From IMG/VR virus record IMGVR_UViG_3300038406_000196, positions 1 through 64,000 of that record: a stretch of DNA of 64,000 bases; one strand, given 5' to 3'. Every line of letters starts with the position of its first letter. The stretch's first letter is position 1. A program made the position numbers and the translations under genes. This stretch comes from a virus. The notes under the pieces were generated by a model. It made no database searches. It was not told the origin of the DNA and was given only the letters and a program-made list of their open reading frames with translations. Of the stretch, positions 45,688-55,401 are shown in pieces.

Positions 45688-46668
45688 TCATGGCGACACC
45701 CGCTGCCCGTCGCTGCCAGCGGCCACACCGACCCGATGCCGGCCACGCCGCTTCCCGCCGGCCCGGTAGTCCACCACGGCAGCCACCGGCTTGTGTCGTG
45801 ACGGGGGGATGGGCAGCGACTGGGGCAGCCGGGGCATCCCCACCGGGTCCGGGTTCTGCCCGGCCTGCCACTGCTCCCACCACCGGTCCATTCCGGTGCG
45901 GAAGTCGGCCAGGCCGGTCCGAAGCCCGGTCACCGTCTCCAATGCGGCAACATGCCGGGCCAGCCGCTGTACTGCGATCGGCGCCTGGAGGTACACCGCA
46001 GCTCCGCGCGCACGGGCGTGCCGGGATGCGCGCAGCATCCACCCGGCCGGCAGGACACCCGGCATCGGCGCACCGGTCAGTGGCGGAGGGGACCCTGGCT
46101 CCCAACTCCACCGGTACGACGGTTTGGGTGGGTCCGTCACCGCCACCACCTCCGCGACAGTCGACGGACCGTCAGGACCGTCCTCGTCGTCGCGCTCCCA
46201 ATCGGGCTCGGGTGCGGCCGGGTCGTCACCCGGAGGTGCTGGCAGGTGGGGACGCTGCGGCGGGTCGTCCACCGTCGGGTACACGTCATGCACGCCAGCC
46301 CAGTCCAGCCCCGGCGGGACCGCCGCCAGGCTGGTCGCGGCCGGCGGCGGATGGTCGGCGGCGAGCAGGGTGGCGTCCATCGCGACCAGCGGCGGCACCA
46401 ACAGCGTCGGCTCGGTGATCCCGGCATCCCGTGGTGGCAGGTCCGAGCCGGCCGCGCCAGCGACCAGCGTCCGGGTCAGGGCGTCGACGGTTGCCGTCTG
46501 CACCCCGGCCCGGCCGGCCGCGAATGCTCCCTCGTGGGCGTCCGCCTCGGCGGCCATCCGCTGGGTCCGCTCGTCGCGCAGCCGGCCCCGGCCAACCCAC
46601 CAGCCCAGCGACAGGCCGAGCAGCAGCCCCACCGCCAGCGTCCAGTACGCAGTCGGGATCATCAGCAC
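45688..46668 (-). CDS. membrane-anchored Pro-rich protein
   Basis: N-terminal TM helix; coupled. Confidence 0.55.
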   Translation of the reverse strand: MLMIPTAYWTLAVGLLLGLSLGWWVGRGRLRDERTQRMAAEADAHEGAFAAGRAGVQTATVDALTRTLVAGAAGSDLPPRDAGITEPTLLVPPLVAMDATLLAADHPPPAATSLAAVPPGLDWAGVHDVYPTVDDPPQRPHLPAPPGDDPAAPEPDWERDDEDGPDGPSTVAEVVAVTDPPKPSYRWSWEPGSPPPLTGAPMPGVLPAGWMLRASRHARARGAAVYLQAPIAVQRLARHVAALETVTGLRTGLADFRTGMDRWWEQWQAGQNPDPVGMPRLPQSLPIPPSRHKPVAAVVDYRAGGKRRGRHRVGVAAGSDGQRVSP

Positions 46669-46941
46669 TCCTCACGCTGTGGGATCGGGTAGAGGGCATA
46701 CAGCCTCGGGTCGGGCCAGCGCAGCGAATATGGCTGCGCCTCGACCATCCGGGCAAACTCGTCCCGGACGTACTGCGGATCAACCACCACCCGCCCCAGT
46801 CGCGGACGGCGTTTCACTGTGTCCATGTGTCCTCCTTCTGACCCGGCTCCGAGCCCCACCCGCAGGCCCACGAGGCTTTCGGCCCGAGAGGCTTGCGAGA
46901 TGGTCGCTGCCCCTCACCTGCGGATGAGGCTCACAGCCGGG

Positions 46942-47388
46942 TCAGGCGGTGAAGCTGATGTGCCGCAGCCGACGTCGCTGCGAGCCGAACCACGCCAGCA
47001 GCCCACCGGCCGCCATCAGCCCCACCGCGGCGGCGGCGATCAGCAGCGGATTCGTGCCGGTGACCGGCAGGCTGGCGTCGTCGTCTTCGCGGTTGCCGCC
47101 GGTGTCGGTCGGGTCGGTGGTCGGCTCGGCGGTCGGGGTCGGGTCCGCCGTGGGTTCGACCGTGGGGGTCGGCGTCGGCTCGGCGCTGGGTGTCGGCGTG
47201 GGTTCCGGCGTGGGCTCAACTGTCGGGGTCGGGGTCGGCTCGATTGTCGGGGTCGGGGCGGCGCAGCCGTAGCCGTAGCCCGGCTTACACGGCAGCTCGG
47301 CTGCTGCCGGGGACCCGAACGCGAGCACCGGGCCGATGCTCAGGGCCAGCACGCCGAACGCGCCGGCCAGTCTACTGTAGATAGTCAT
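46942..47388 (-). CDS. sortase-anchored (LPVTG) surface protein with PT repeats
   Basis: signal peptide, (P/E)PT repeats, LPVTG, TM helix, RRRLR tail. Confidence 0.85.
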   Translation of the reverse strand: MTIYSRLAGAFGVLALSIGPVLAFGSPAAAELPCKPGYGYGCAAPTPTIEPTPTPTVEPTPEPTPTPSAEPTPTPTVEPTADPTPTAEPTTDPTDTGGNREDDDASLPVTGTNPLLIAAAAVGLMAAGGLLAWFGSQRRRLRHISFTA

Positions 47389-47621
47389 ACCTCTATCCCT
47401 TCACCGGCCGGGACCGGCCGGAGTCTCAGTTGGTGGCTGTGCGCCGAGCGCCTGCATCAGCACAGCGAGCAGGTCCCACGCATCCACGGCGGTGCAGGTG
47501 ATGTGCTCCTCGCCGACCGCCACCTGGACCTCGGCGAACGGGTGGCCGGGTACGTACGACGCCGCGGCTTCGCCCGAGGCGCGGAAGATCGGAAGCGGAC
47601 CGGTGGGCATCGGCAGCGGGT

Positions 47622-49745
47622 TCACTGGGTCATCTCCAGCGGCAGGACGCCCTGGATTGGCTTGGACAGCCGGGCTCGGATCAGGGGGAGGTAGTCGGAC
47701 TCCCGCTCGATCGCAACGCACCGGAACCCCTCGGCGAGACACGCCTCGGCGGTAGTGCCGGATCCGGCGAATGGGTCCAGCACCAGGCCGCCCGCTGGCG
47801 TGACCAGCCGCACGAGCCAGCGCATCAGCGCCAACGGTTTGACCGTCGGGTGGGCCTTCCCGTTGACGCGTGGGCGCTCACTGGCGTCAGCCTTGGCCTC
47901 GTAGCGGAAGGCTGGGAAGAACCGGGATGCACCGCCAGCGTCGGCGTACTCGGTGCCGGTCGCAGTCATACGCCAGCCGTTGCCGCTGCCAGCTCCGCGT
48001 GGTTTCCCGGCGCGGGAGACCGTTGCCCCGCTCTGCTCATCTAGTTCGGCAACCGGGCAGCCGGGCACACACCCGTCGGCACAGGCGTCGCCCACCGGCC
48101 GGCCTGCCTCGTCAAGCAGCGGCGGGTGGGACAGCACCATATTGGTCGGCCACCGGCCGGCGTCGCTGCCGCTGGTCCAGGGATCCGGCGCGTACTGCTG
48201 GCCATTGGCGTAGCCGTCGCCAGTGAAGCGCGGGGCGGTGTTGTGTCGACGGGTGCTCTCGCTCGTCGCTACGCGGCAGCCGTCGATGTTCAGCGCCCCG
48301 GTGCCGTGCGCGAGCACATTGCCGGCGACTGTGCCGGCTAGGGGCTTACGCGCCACGACGATCGGCTCCCAGCCCGGTTTCAGCGCCGTACCCCAGCCCT
48401 GCCAGCGGTGGGCGTCGTCGGTGGCGGGGGCGGTGACGGTGGGCACGAACTCGCGGCCGTTGTCTTTGATCCACGAGCCGGTGCGGTTCTGGTCGGCGCC
48501 GGGGATCATCCGCTTCGCCGCCGGGCCTTCGGCGAGCACCTGCCGCTGCGCGCCGGCGGCCTTGTCGATCGCCTTGGACACGTTCAGCGACTTGGGGAAC
48601 CCGCTGCTGTACAGCCAACTGATCGTGTCGCGGATCTCGAACCCGGCGTCCTCGATCGCGCACACCAGCCGGTGCCAGGTGCGGGTACCACCGAAGGCGA
48701 CCAGATGCCCGCCTGGCTTCAACACCCGCAGACACTCCGCCGCCCAGGCGCCGCACCATCGCTGGAACGACGCAGGAGACTCCCAGCCGTCCCACGTCTT
48801 ACCCATGAACCCCCGAGAGCGTTTAGTACAATTGATCGTGTGCCAAGGAAGGTGGAGCGAGAGTGTCCCGCGTGTGGGCTGATCTATCACGCGGACGAGA
48901 CCCGGCTCCGAAACGGTCGCCAGACCACCTGCTCCCGCCGCTGTTCCTATCGGCTTAGGGGCGAGAACCAACAGCGGCGGGTTCGTATCCGGTGTGCCAC
49001 CTGCGGCGTAGAGATCACCCGTTCGCCGCGCCAGGTCAAGGCGAAGCATGGCGCCTCGTACTGCTCCCGGCGGTGCCACTACACCGGCCGCACCCTCGGC
49101 CTGACCGGGCGCGTCGTCACCAACCCGTACGTCCGCGTCGCCCCGCTGAATCCCGAGGCTCACGCCCGGACCGTCGCCACCCGCAAGGCTCGGGACAACT
49201 ACCGGCACAGCGATGACACCCGGCTCCGGCTCCGTGAAGCAACTGCACGTGCCATCGCAGAAGGTCGGGTCGCCAGTGTCAGCCGGTGCGAGGACGTAGT
49301 CGCCGAAGTGCTGGACCGCCTTGGCGTCGGCTACCGTCGCCAGGTGGCTATCCGGGGTGAGCGCGGACGCTACGTGGCCGCTGTCGACTTCCTGCTCGGC
49401 GACGGCCGAGCCGTCGAGGTGAACGGCACGTTCTGGCACGCCGACCCGCGCGTCTACCCGAACGGACCAGCCTTCCCCGCCCAGCGGCGGACGGCCGCAT
49501 GCTGGGACCGCAAGGTGAACGCTCTCGCTACGCTCGGGATCCCCGTCGTGATCATCTGGGAGATCGACCTCGCGGAGGATCCGACGCAAGCAGTCAGCGT
49601 CGCGCTTGCCGCTGTCTGACAGGTTGTACGGCGGGTCGGTCACTACCGCGTCGACGCTGCCCGCTCCAAGCTGGGGGAGCACCTGCAATGCGTCACCGTG
49701 GTGGAGGTCGACCTGGTCGTCTTGGTAGTACGGCTGGAGGCTCAC
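47622..49745 (-). CDS. DNA amino-methyltransferase (N6A/N4C, beta class) with 269-codon in-frame insertion
   Basis: TDPPY, GFMGKTWD, RVLKPGG, HPTVKP, LDPFAGSGTT; insertion 48813..49619. Confidence 0.9.
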   Translation of the reverse strand: MSLQPYYQDDQVDLHHGDALQVLPQLGAGSVDAVVTDPPYNLSDSGKRDADCLRRILREVDLPDDHDGDPERSESVHLAVPACGRPPLGGEGWSVRVDARVGVPERAVHLDGSAVAEQEVDSGHVASALTPDSHLATVADAKAVQHFGDYVLAPADTGDPTFCDGTCSCFTEPEPGVIAVPVVVPSLAGGDGPGVSLGIQRGDADVRVGDDAPGQAEGAAGVVAPPGAVRGAMLRLDLARRTGDLYAAGGTPDTNPPLLVLAPKPIGTAAGAGGLATVSEPGLVRVIDQPTRGTLSLHLPWHTINCTKRSRGFMGKTWDGWESPASFQRWCGAWAAECLRVLKPGGHLVAFGGTRTWHRLVCAIEDAGFEIRDTISWLYSSGFPKSLNVSKAIDKAAGAQRQVLAEGPAAKRMIPGADQNRTGSWIKDNGREFVPTVTAPATDDAHRWQGWGTALKPGWEPIVVARKPLAGTVAGNVLAHGTGALNIDGCRVATSESTRRHNTAPRFTGDGYANGQQYAPDPWTSGSDAGRWPTNMVLSHPPLLDEAGRPVGDACADGCVPGCPVAELDEQSGATVSRAGKPRGAGSGNGWRMTATGTEYADAGGASRFFPAFRYEAKADASERPRVNGKAHPTVKPLALMRWLVRLVTPAGGLVLDPFAGSGTTAEACLAEGFRCVAIERESDYLPLIRARLSKPIQGVLPLEMTQ
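48813..49619 (+). mobile_element. 807-bp insertion element in the methyltransferase
   Basis: removal restores DPPYNL-GFMGKTWD; carries a promoter and an endonuclease ORF on the opposite strand. Confidence 0.8.
48840..49619 (+). CDS. homing-endonuclease-like protein (Cys zinc fingers, NUMOD3-like, Vsr/DUF559-like nuclease)
   Basis: CPAC..CSRRC, CATC..CSRRC, HSDDTRLRL, VDFLL..AVEVNGTFWH..DRKV..VIIWE; TACAAT 7 nt before the GTG. Confidence 0.85.
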   Translation: MPRKVERECPACGLIYHADETRLRNGRQTTCSRRCSYRLRGENQQRRVRIRCATCGVEITRSPRQVKAKHGASYCSRRCHYTGRTLGLTGRVVTNPYVRVAPLNPEAHARTVATRKARDNYRHSDDTRLRLREATARAIAEGRVASVSRCEDVVAEVLDRLGVGYRRQVAIRGERGRYVAAVDFLLGDGRAVEVNGTFWHADPRVYPNGPAFPAQRRTAACWDRKVNALATLGIPVVIIWEIDLAEDPTQAVSVALAAV

Positions 49746-49930
49746 CGCGTCCGCCCTCCCCTCGGCGCAGCCAACGCCGCCCGACGGGCAGCCGACGATG
49801 CGGCCAGGGCACGCCCACGCCACCGACGGCGAGCGTGGGCCATCTCGCACGCGGCCACGGCAGCGTCGTGGCGCATCAGCCGCACGGTCGGGGACAGGTC
49901 ACGGGCGGTCATGCCGGCCACCGCCCGGAC

Positions 49931-49976
49931 TTGACGGGTGTAATTACACCCGCTACTGTTGAGGTGTAACTACACC
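49931..49976 (+). promoter_or_regulatory. promoter with palindromic operators
   Basis: TTGACG-17-TACTGT; perfect 18-bp palindrome CGGGTGTAATTACACCCG (49935-49952) and GGTGTAACTACACC (49963-49976). Confidence 0.8.
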
Positions 49977-49989
49977 CCCGGAGGACACG

Positions 49990-50217
49990 ATGTACTACCG
50001 CAAGCTCATCGCCGGCCAGATCGGCACCAGCGACACCGCCACTGTCGGCCTCGTCGAAGAACTGATGCGCGCCGAACACGGCACCCTCGACCACCTCACC
50101 CCCGCCGAGTTCACCGACGCCATCACCGCCGCGCTCGTCGAAGCCCGCGACCTTGCAGCCACAGGCCAGCTGGGCGCCTGGTGCACTGCACTCGACATCC
50201 CGGTACCGGTCCGCTGA
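49990..50217 (+). CDS. small hypothetical protein
   Basis: GGAGG RBS downstream of the promoter. Confidence 0.7.
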   Translation: MYYRKLIAGQIGTSDTATVGLVEELMRAEHGTLDHLTPAEFTDAITAALVEARDLAATGQLGAWCTALDIPVPVR

Positions 50218-50218
50218 C

Positions 50219-50407
50219 ATGCCCGGCCAACGCGCCGCAGGCATCCGGCTCCGGGGAATCCCGATCGACGGCTCGCTGTGGAAGGCAGCCCAGGCCGCCG
50301 CTGCCATCCGCGGCGAGAGCGTGTCCGAGGTGATCCGGCGGGGGCTGCGGCAGTACGTGGACGAGGTCATGCCTGGCAGCTCGCCGAAGGAGCGCCAGAG
50401 CGCGTGA
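50219..50407 (+). CDS. ribbon-helix-helix (CopG-like) protein
   Basis: RGIPIDGSLWKAAQAAAAIRGESVSEVIRRGLRQYV. Confidence 0.75.
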   Translation: MPGQRAAGIRLRGIPIDGSLWKAAQAAAAIRGESVSEVIRRGLRQYVDEVMPGSSPKERQSA

Positions 50408-50761
50408 GCGTCGACCTGCCACCGCGGCCGGGCAATCACCGGAACCGCCTCGGCCCCATCGCAGCCGACCCGACCGCGAAATCGTGCTCGCACCGTTCCG
50501 AGCGACCGCCCACCACGCACCCGCACGGGCGGACGTACACCTGCCGTCCCAGCGTCTCCGGGGTGCAGCACTCCGGGCTACCAGCGGCGGCCATGCACCG
50601 GGGGCAGGCCGGCCGGCGGCACGGCCCGCAGGTGGCGCTGTAGGTGTACTCGCCGCACTTGCACACCCGCAGCTGCCGGGGCTGGTGCTCGCAGGCGTGG
50701 GGCCGGGAGGCGACCTCCCCGCACCGACACAGGCCGGGCAGGGTCGCAAGGTTCACGGCGC

Positions 50762-50998
50762 TCATTCCGGCCGCCTTCCCGGCTGCTGCCCGTTGAGCAT
50801 CGCCCGCACTGCCGACTCGGGATAGCGGCGGTGACCACCCGCCGTGTACACGCACTCGATCCACCCGGCCGCCGCCCAGCGCGCCAGAGTCTTGACGTCG
50901 ACCCTCACCCGCTCGGCGACCTCTGCCGGCATGAGCAATCTCTCCTGGCCGTTGAGCACCGCCGATACCAGCGCCTGGTGTTCCATCCGCTTGCTCAC
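50762..50998 (-). CDS. BldC-like MerR-family HTH protein
   Basis: RLLMPAEVAERVRVDVKTLARWAAAG...TAGGHRRYPESAVRAML. Confidence 0.85.
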   Translation of the reverse strand: MSKRMEHQALVSAVLNGQERLLMPAEVAERVRVDVKTLARWAAAGWIECVYTAGGHRRYPESAVRAMLNGQQPGRRPE

Positions 50999-51921
50999 CG
51001 CTGGCTCCTCTCGGTGGCCGGCACAGTCCGGGCCAACGTGTCCAGGTCCCGCCGCACCCTGGCCCGGTGGCCGACCGCCGCCGGAACACCGGCGCGGGCG
51101 TACCAGCCCGGCGCCCACTCGGCGTCCGGCTCCACCTCGTCCATCACGTCCATCAGCCGCCGGGTGCAGCCGGGGCAGGCATCCTGCGGGATCTTGTATC
51201 CGGCCATCCAAGACGCCAGGCAGGTGTGGCCCAAGGTCCGCTTGGTGCAGGTGGTGTCCCAGGTGCTCATCGGGCACCGCCCCGCTGGAACCGGCGCAGC
51301 GCCTGCTTCGCCAGCTGCTCCGTGGGGAAGACCTCCGCCACCACCGCCACCGAGCCGGGCACCCGGCCGGGAAGGTGGATCTGCCACCCGCCGTCCACCG
51401 GCACCACCTGCGGTTCCGGCTCGGCGAGTGTTGGCCGCCGGGCGCTCACCCGGACCTCCCCGCCAGCACCACGATGGTGGCCAAGACGGCGACCCCGAAC
51501 GCCACCGCCACGGCGAGTGCGACCCACTCCCAGGCCCGGCCCCGCGACCGACCGCTGTCCTCCTCGGCGTTGCACGGGGGCAGGTACGGCAGGTCCCCGC
51601 TGAGGCTGCGCCTAGTGCCGTGGTGGTCCGGGTCGTACCAGTGGCCACTCATGCCGGCCCGCCAAACTCCAGCCGCAGCATGACGTAGCAGCCAGCGGAA
51701 GCCAGCATCACGGCGATAGCGCCGATCACGACAGCCACCAGGCGAGCAGCGGCGGGTGGACCAGCACGGCGACCAGGGCCCCGCCGACGGCCATCAGCAC
51801 GGCGGTGCCGATGGCGGACAGCAGGTGCAGGTTCAGGCGCCGGTTCAAGTGCCGGTCATGGGAGCGGGACCGGTAAACGGTGCCCGTCCGGGTACCCTTC
51901 GTCATTGAGATCGCCTCGCCT

Positions 51922-52626
51922 TCAGTGGTTGATCTCTCCTTGCGGCCCGCCGTTCACAGCGGCGGGCCGCGCCCATGTCTGTAGGTCCCGCCCTGGCGCA
52001 CGCCCGGACACTGAGTTGCGAGCCGCAGATGCCGCATGCGTGGCCAGGGCGGGAGTTGGGGGCCGGGCGGCAGGCTCCCGACCGCCGCCCGGCGGGGCAA
52101 CCGGCTCCGACCCCCTGCCAGAGCCGGTCGCCTTCCGTCGACGCGCACCCCGAGTGACGCGGCGACGGAGTTTGCCGGGCCGGCCAGTGTCCGGGGGGAC
52201 GACCCGGCCGGCCCGGTTGCTGCCCGCGGTCACCGGGGTCGCAGGCAGCGAGAGGAGAGCAGTGTCTTCGGAACCCACCGCCGGGATGACGGCAGTGGTG
52301 GAGGTGGTGGAGGTGGTGGCGGCCCCGGCACCCCCGTTGGTGCCTCTTGACGGGACCGCCACCTCACCGCGGGTGCCGTCACGCCCGGCACCACGCGGAG
52401 TCCTGCTCTGCCGGCGATGCCGGCCACCGCGCCGCGCGAAGCCGACGACCAGCCCGACCCCGAGGGCCACCACCGCGGCGCCACCAATCAAGAGGTCGCG
52501 GGTGAAGGGCGTCGAAACCGGTAGGTGAACCTTCGGCGGGCCGAGCACCGCGACCAGCCCGGTGGCGGCGGCAACCAGCAGCAGCGCGCCGACTACGACT
52601 GCGGCCACGGCCCAGCGGGGGGTCAT
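51922..52626 (-). CDS. membrane protein, low-complexity tail
   Basis: two N-terminal TM segments. Confidence 0.5.
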   Translation of the reverse strand: MTPRWAVAAVVVGALLLVAAATGLVAVLGPPKVHLPVSTPFTRDLLIGGAAVVALGVGLVVGFARRGGRHRRQSRTPRGAGRDGTRGEVAVPSRGTNGGAGAATTSTTSTTAVIPAVGSEDTALLSLPATPVTAGSNRAGRVVPPDTGRPGKLRRRVTRGARRRKATGSGRGSEPVAPPGGGREPAARPPTPALATHAASAARNSVSGRAPGRDLQTWARPAAVNGGPQGEINH

Positions 52627-52947
52627 CGGAGATCACCCGCCTGTACGGTCGGGCACGGCTCCGGCTTCTCGTCGGCGGACGTGAGCCCGGCCACCCAGTA
52701 GACGCCGCCGGCCAGCAGCACAACCGCGGCGAGGGCGACAACCAGGCGTAGGAAGCTCACGTCGACCGCCTCCCGGCCCCGCTCAGCGCCGAGCCGACCA
52801 ACGCCGTCGCGCCCAGGGCCGGCGCTAGCAGGTCGTCGCCTTCGGCAGCTACCAGGCTGGCAATGAAGAGGATCACCGCGGCCACCACGAGGGAGACGAT
52901 GGCGGTTGCGGTGGCAGGGTGGGCGACTGCGACGGCAACGTGACGGA

Positions 52948-53715
52948 TCATGCCGGCACCACCGAATCGGCCGGAGCCATCTCCACCAGCGTCGCCAGGT
53001 TCAGTGCACCGCTGGCGGTCAGAGTCTCGATCGCCTGCGCGTGGCGGGCCGCGTTCACGGCGTTCGCCATCGCGTTCCTGGCGAGCATGTCGTGGCGGAG
53101 CTGGTGCTGCTCGACCGTCGCCAGACCCCACGTTGTCCGGGAGCCGTCGGGCATGGCGATCTCGGCGGAAAGCAGCTCCTCGGTCCACTCGACGAACAGC
53201 TCCTTCCGGAGGTTCGCCTCGTACTTGTCGTAGATCTCCTGGAGTCGCTGGTGGTGCGCCGCCTCCAGCTCTACCTCTTCGGCCCAGGTCTCCCGGCAGC
53301 GCTTGCAGTCGCCGCAGGGGTTGTCCTGGCTCCAGGAACCCGGCTGCTTTGGCCCGATGTGCCCGCGGGTCTCGTCCTCGTTGGAGAGTCTGATCTCGCG
53401 CCAGTGGGCGGCCTCTTTGCGGGCAGCCTCGCGCTGGGGCTCCGTCATGTACTCCCAGCGGTCAACGTAGCGGTCCGGGAGATCAGGTATCTCGGCCAGG
53501 AGTCGGGTTCGTGTTGCCTCGCGCTCCGCTACGGCGACCTTGGCGCGCGCAAGTTCCCGCGCCTCCTCGATGACAAACTGAACGGCGATCGTCCGGAGGT
53601 CCCGGCCGTTGAAGGCTGTGTCGATCGCGGCCTCGGCACGCCCCCGCACCCCCCGGCCGAGGTCCTTAGCAAGGTCGCGGGCGATGTCGTACAGGGTGAT
53701 CGTGAAGCCGTTCAT
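52948..53715 (-). CDS. hypothetical phage protein
   Basis: 255 aa, GGAGG RBS, ATGA coupling. Confidence 0.7.
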   Translation of the reverse strand: MNGFTITLYDIARDLAKDLGRGVRGRAEAAIDTAFNGRDLRTIAVQFVIEEARELARAKVAVAEREATRTRLLAEIPDLPDRYVDRWEYMTEPQREAARKEAAHWREIRLSNEDETRGHIGPKQPGSWSQDNPCGDCKRCRETWAEEVELEAAHHQRLQEIYDKYEANLRKELFVEWTEELLSAEIAMPDGSRTTWGLATVEQHQLRHDMLARNAMANAVNAARHAQAIETLTASGALNLATLVEMAPADSVVPA

Positions 53716-53914
53716 GCAGCCCTCCGTGGGGAGGTGCTGGTCGACCGGGCTTCCGCTGGCTGAAGATCCGCGAGCGTCAGCCCTTGCCGGTGGAGTGCAG
53801 CTCGGACGATCCGAGCTGCACGCGCTAGCCGGACAGGGTCCGTGAAGGGGTCACGGTCGGCGGCATGCCCGTTGGGCATCGGCGGTTGCTGCTGGAGTTC
53901 GGTCTGTGGGGCCG

Positions 53915-54169
53915 TCATGCCGCCTCGCCGCCTCGGGTGGAGTCCGCGTCGCGGAGCAGCACGGTGCGGTCGGAGAGGCGTAACGCCTTGCAGATGCGGG
54001 CGTACAGGCCCGGCGAGCAGGCCCGATCGGGGTCCGTCTCAAGCTGGCTGAGGTACTGGAATGAGCAGCCGATCTTCCCTGCGAGGGCGGTGATGCTGTA
54101 GCCCGACAGCTTCCGCAGCTCGCGGAGTGCTGCGCCGTCGATCTCGACATTCGCGTTGGCTGTCTTCAC
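53915..54169 (-). CDS. Cro-like XRE regulator
   Basis: LRELRKLSGYSITALAGKIGCSFQYLSQLE; first gene of the leftward operon, divergent from the repressor. Confidence 0.85.
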   Translation of the reverse strand: MKTANANVEIDGAALRELRKLSGYSITALAGKIGCSFQYLSQLETDPDRACSPGLYARICKALRLSDRTVLLRDADSTRGGEAA

Positions 54170-54321
54170 ATGCGTAGTTAAGCAGACTTCCGCTATGTTC
54201 GGCTACCTCTAGGGCTCACCTGTTCGGATGAAAGCCGTCATCAACCGAACATCGTGACAATCAGCCGACCATCGCTCAGCTAAGCTGGACTCCGCAGAGG
54301 TTGGCTGCCATGATTGGCGCC
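54170..54321. promoter_or_regulatory. immunity region divergent promoters/operators
   Basis: lower-GC intergenic; TGTTCGG twice and its inverse CCGAACA. Confidence 0.55.
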
Positions 54322-54765
54322 ATGGCGGAGGATGCGTCGCGCCCCCACGCGCGCCTAGGTGCGGTGGTTCGCCGCCGTCGCGAGAAGTTGGGCATGAGCG
54401 TCCCAGTCGCCGCCCAGGCGGCCAAGATCGACCGCGAGACCTGGCGGAACCTCGAAGCCGGCAAGCGCATGCCGCGTGGCTACAACCGCACGCGCATCGA
54501 GCGCACGCTCGGCTGGGCCCACGGCGGAATCGAAGCGATCCTGGACGGTGGAGAGCCTGCCCTCCTCCCGCAGGAGGCCGAGACCGAGGCCGGACCTGAT
54601 GACGGGTACCTAGACCCGGTGACCGGCGAGTTATACGCCGAAGACTGGGAGCGGGAACTGTGGGACTTGAACCACATAGCCATGGACGAGCGGCGCAAGC
54701 TGATCTACTTCACCCGCGCCGACCGTGCCCGGACGCAGGCCGAGCAACGCCGAGCCGCTGGGTGA
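54322..54765 (+). CDS. CI-like immunity repressor (XRE HTH)
   Basis: RRRREKLGMSVPVAAQAAKIDRETWRNLEAG; divergent from the cro-like gene. Confidence 0.85.
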   Translation: MAEDASRPHARLGAVVRRRREKLGMSVPVAAQAAKIDRETWRNLEAGKRMPRGYNRTRIERTLGWAHGGIEAILDGGEPALLPQEAETEAGPDDGYLDPVTGELYAEDWERELWDLNHIAMDERRKLIYFTRADRARTQAEQRRAAG

Positions 54766-54864
54766 ACTGCTGTCGGATCACGGACACCACGCCCTCACGC
54801 CACCGTGGGCTGCCTCATACTTCTCCGAGTCGCACGGGGGTCGCGATCACGGTGGAGTGCGCCC

Positions 54865-55395
54865 ATGTCCTACCCCGGCCAGCCTGACCCGTACCAGCAG
54901 CCGCAGCCGCCGACCCACTACCGGCCGGCGTACGGGCCGCCCGCACCTCCGCCACGCCGGCAGCCCAGCAGAGGCGTGCCGGTGCTCGCCACCGTCGCCA
55001 TTGCCGCCGGCGCGCTGCTCTTCGGCGTGATCGTCGGGCTCGGGCTGGCCGGGCTGGACCCGCAGGACGACACCGATCCCCTGGCTGCCGAGACCAGCGC
55101 ACCAACCGCCCCGGCAACCGAGACCGAGCGGGAGCGGTCAGCGGCCGAGGAGCCCACAGACGCGCCGGAGCCCGAGACGCTGGAGATCCCCGACGACTTG
55201 ACCGGCATGAATGCGGCGGTTGCTGAGGATCAGTTGCGCGAGTTGGGGTTCACGCGTATCGAGTTCGGCTCGGTCGACGCCGCCGACACGGTGGTAATCG
55301 TGCCGAGTAACTGGACGGTGGTGTCGGTGGAGCCCGAGCCCGGCAGCGAGATCAGCGCAGACTCACTCGTGGTGCTGACCTGCACAAAGCAGTAG
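54865..55395 (+). CDS. membrane protein with PASTA domain
   Basis: TM helix; IPDDLTGMNAAVAEDQLRELGF...WTVVSVEPEPGS; typical lysogeny-cassette position. Confidence 0.75.
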   Translation: MSYPGQPDPYQQPQPPTHYRPAYGPPAPPPRRQPSRGVPVLATVAIAAGALLFGVIVGLGLAGLDPQDDTDPLAAETSAPTAPATETERERSAAEEPTDAPEPETLEIPDDLTGMNAAVAEDQLRELGFTRIEFGSVDAADTVVIVPSNWTVVSVEPEPGSEISADSLVVLTCTKQ

Positions 55396-55401
55396 GCGGC
55401 G

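Noticed and set aside
33183-46418. Long plus-strand ORFs such as 33183..35018, 38702..40543 and 44757..46418
   Set aside because: Antisense shadows of real minus-strand genes in high-GC DNA, with no recognisable motifs or RBS.
47100-47260. Tandem DNA repeats
   Set aside because: Explained by the Pro/Thr linker of the LPVTG protein.
48813-49619. Intein in the methyltransferase (insert starts with Ser and contains HTIN-C near its end)
   Set aside because: No Hint-domain blocks; the N-C dipeptide is the reverse complement of the TACAAT promoter; the real coding signal is on the opposite strand.
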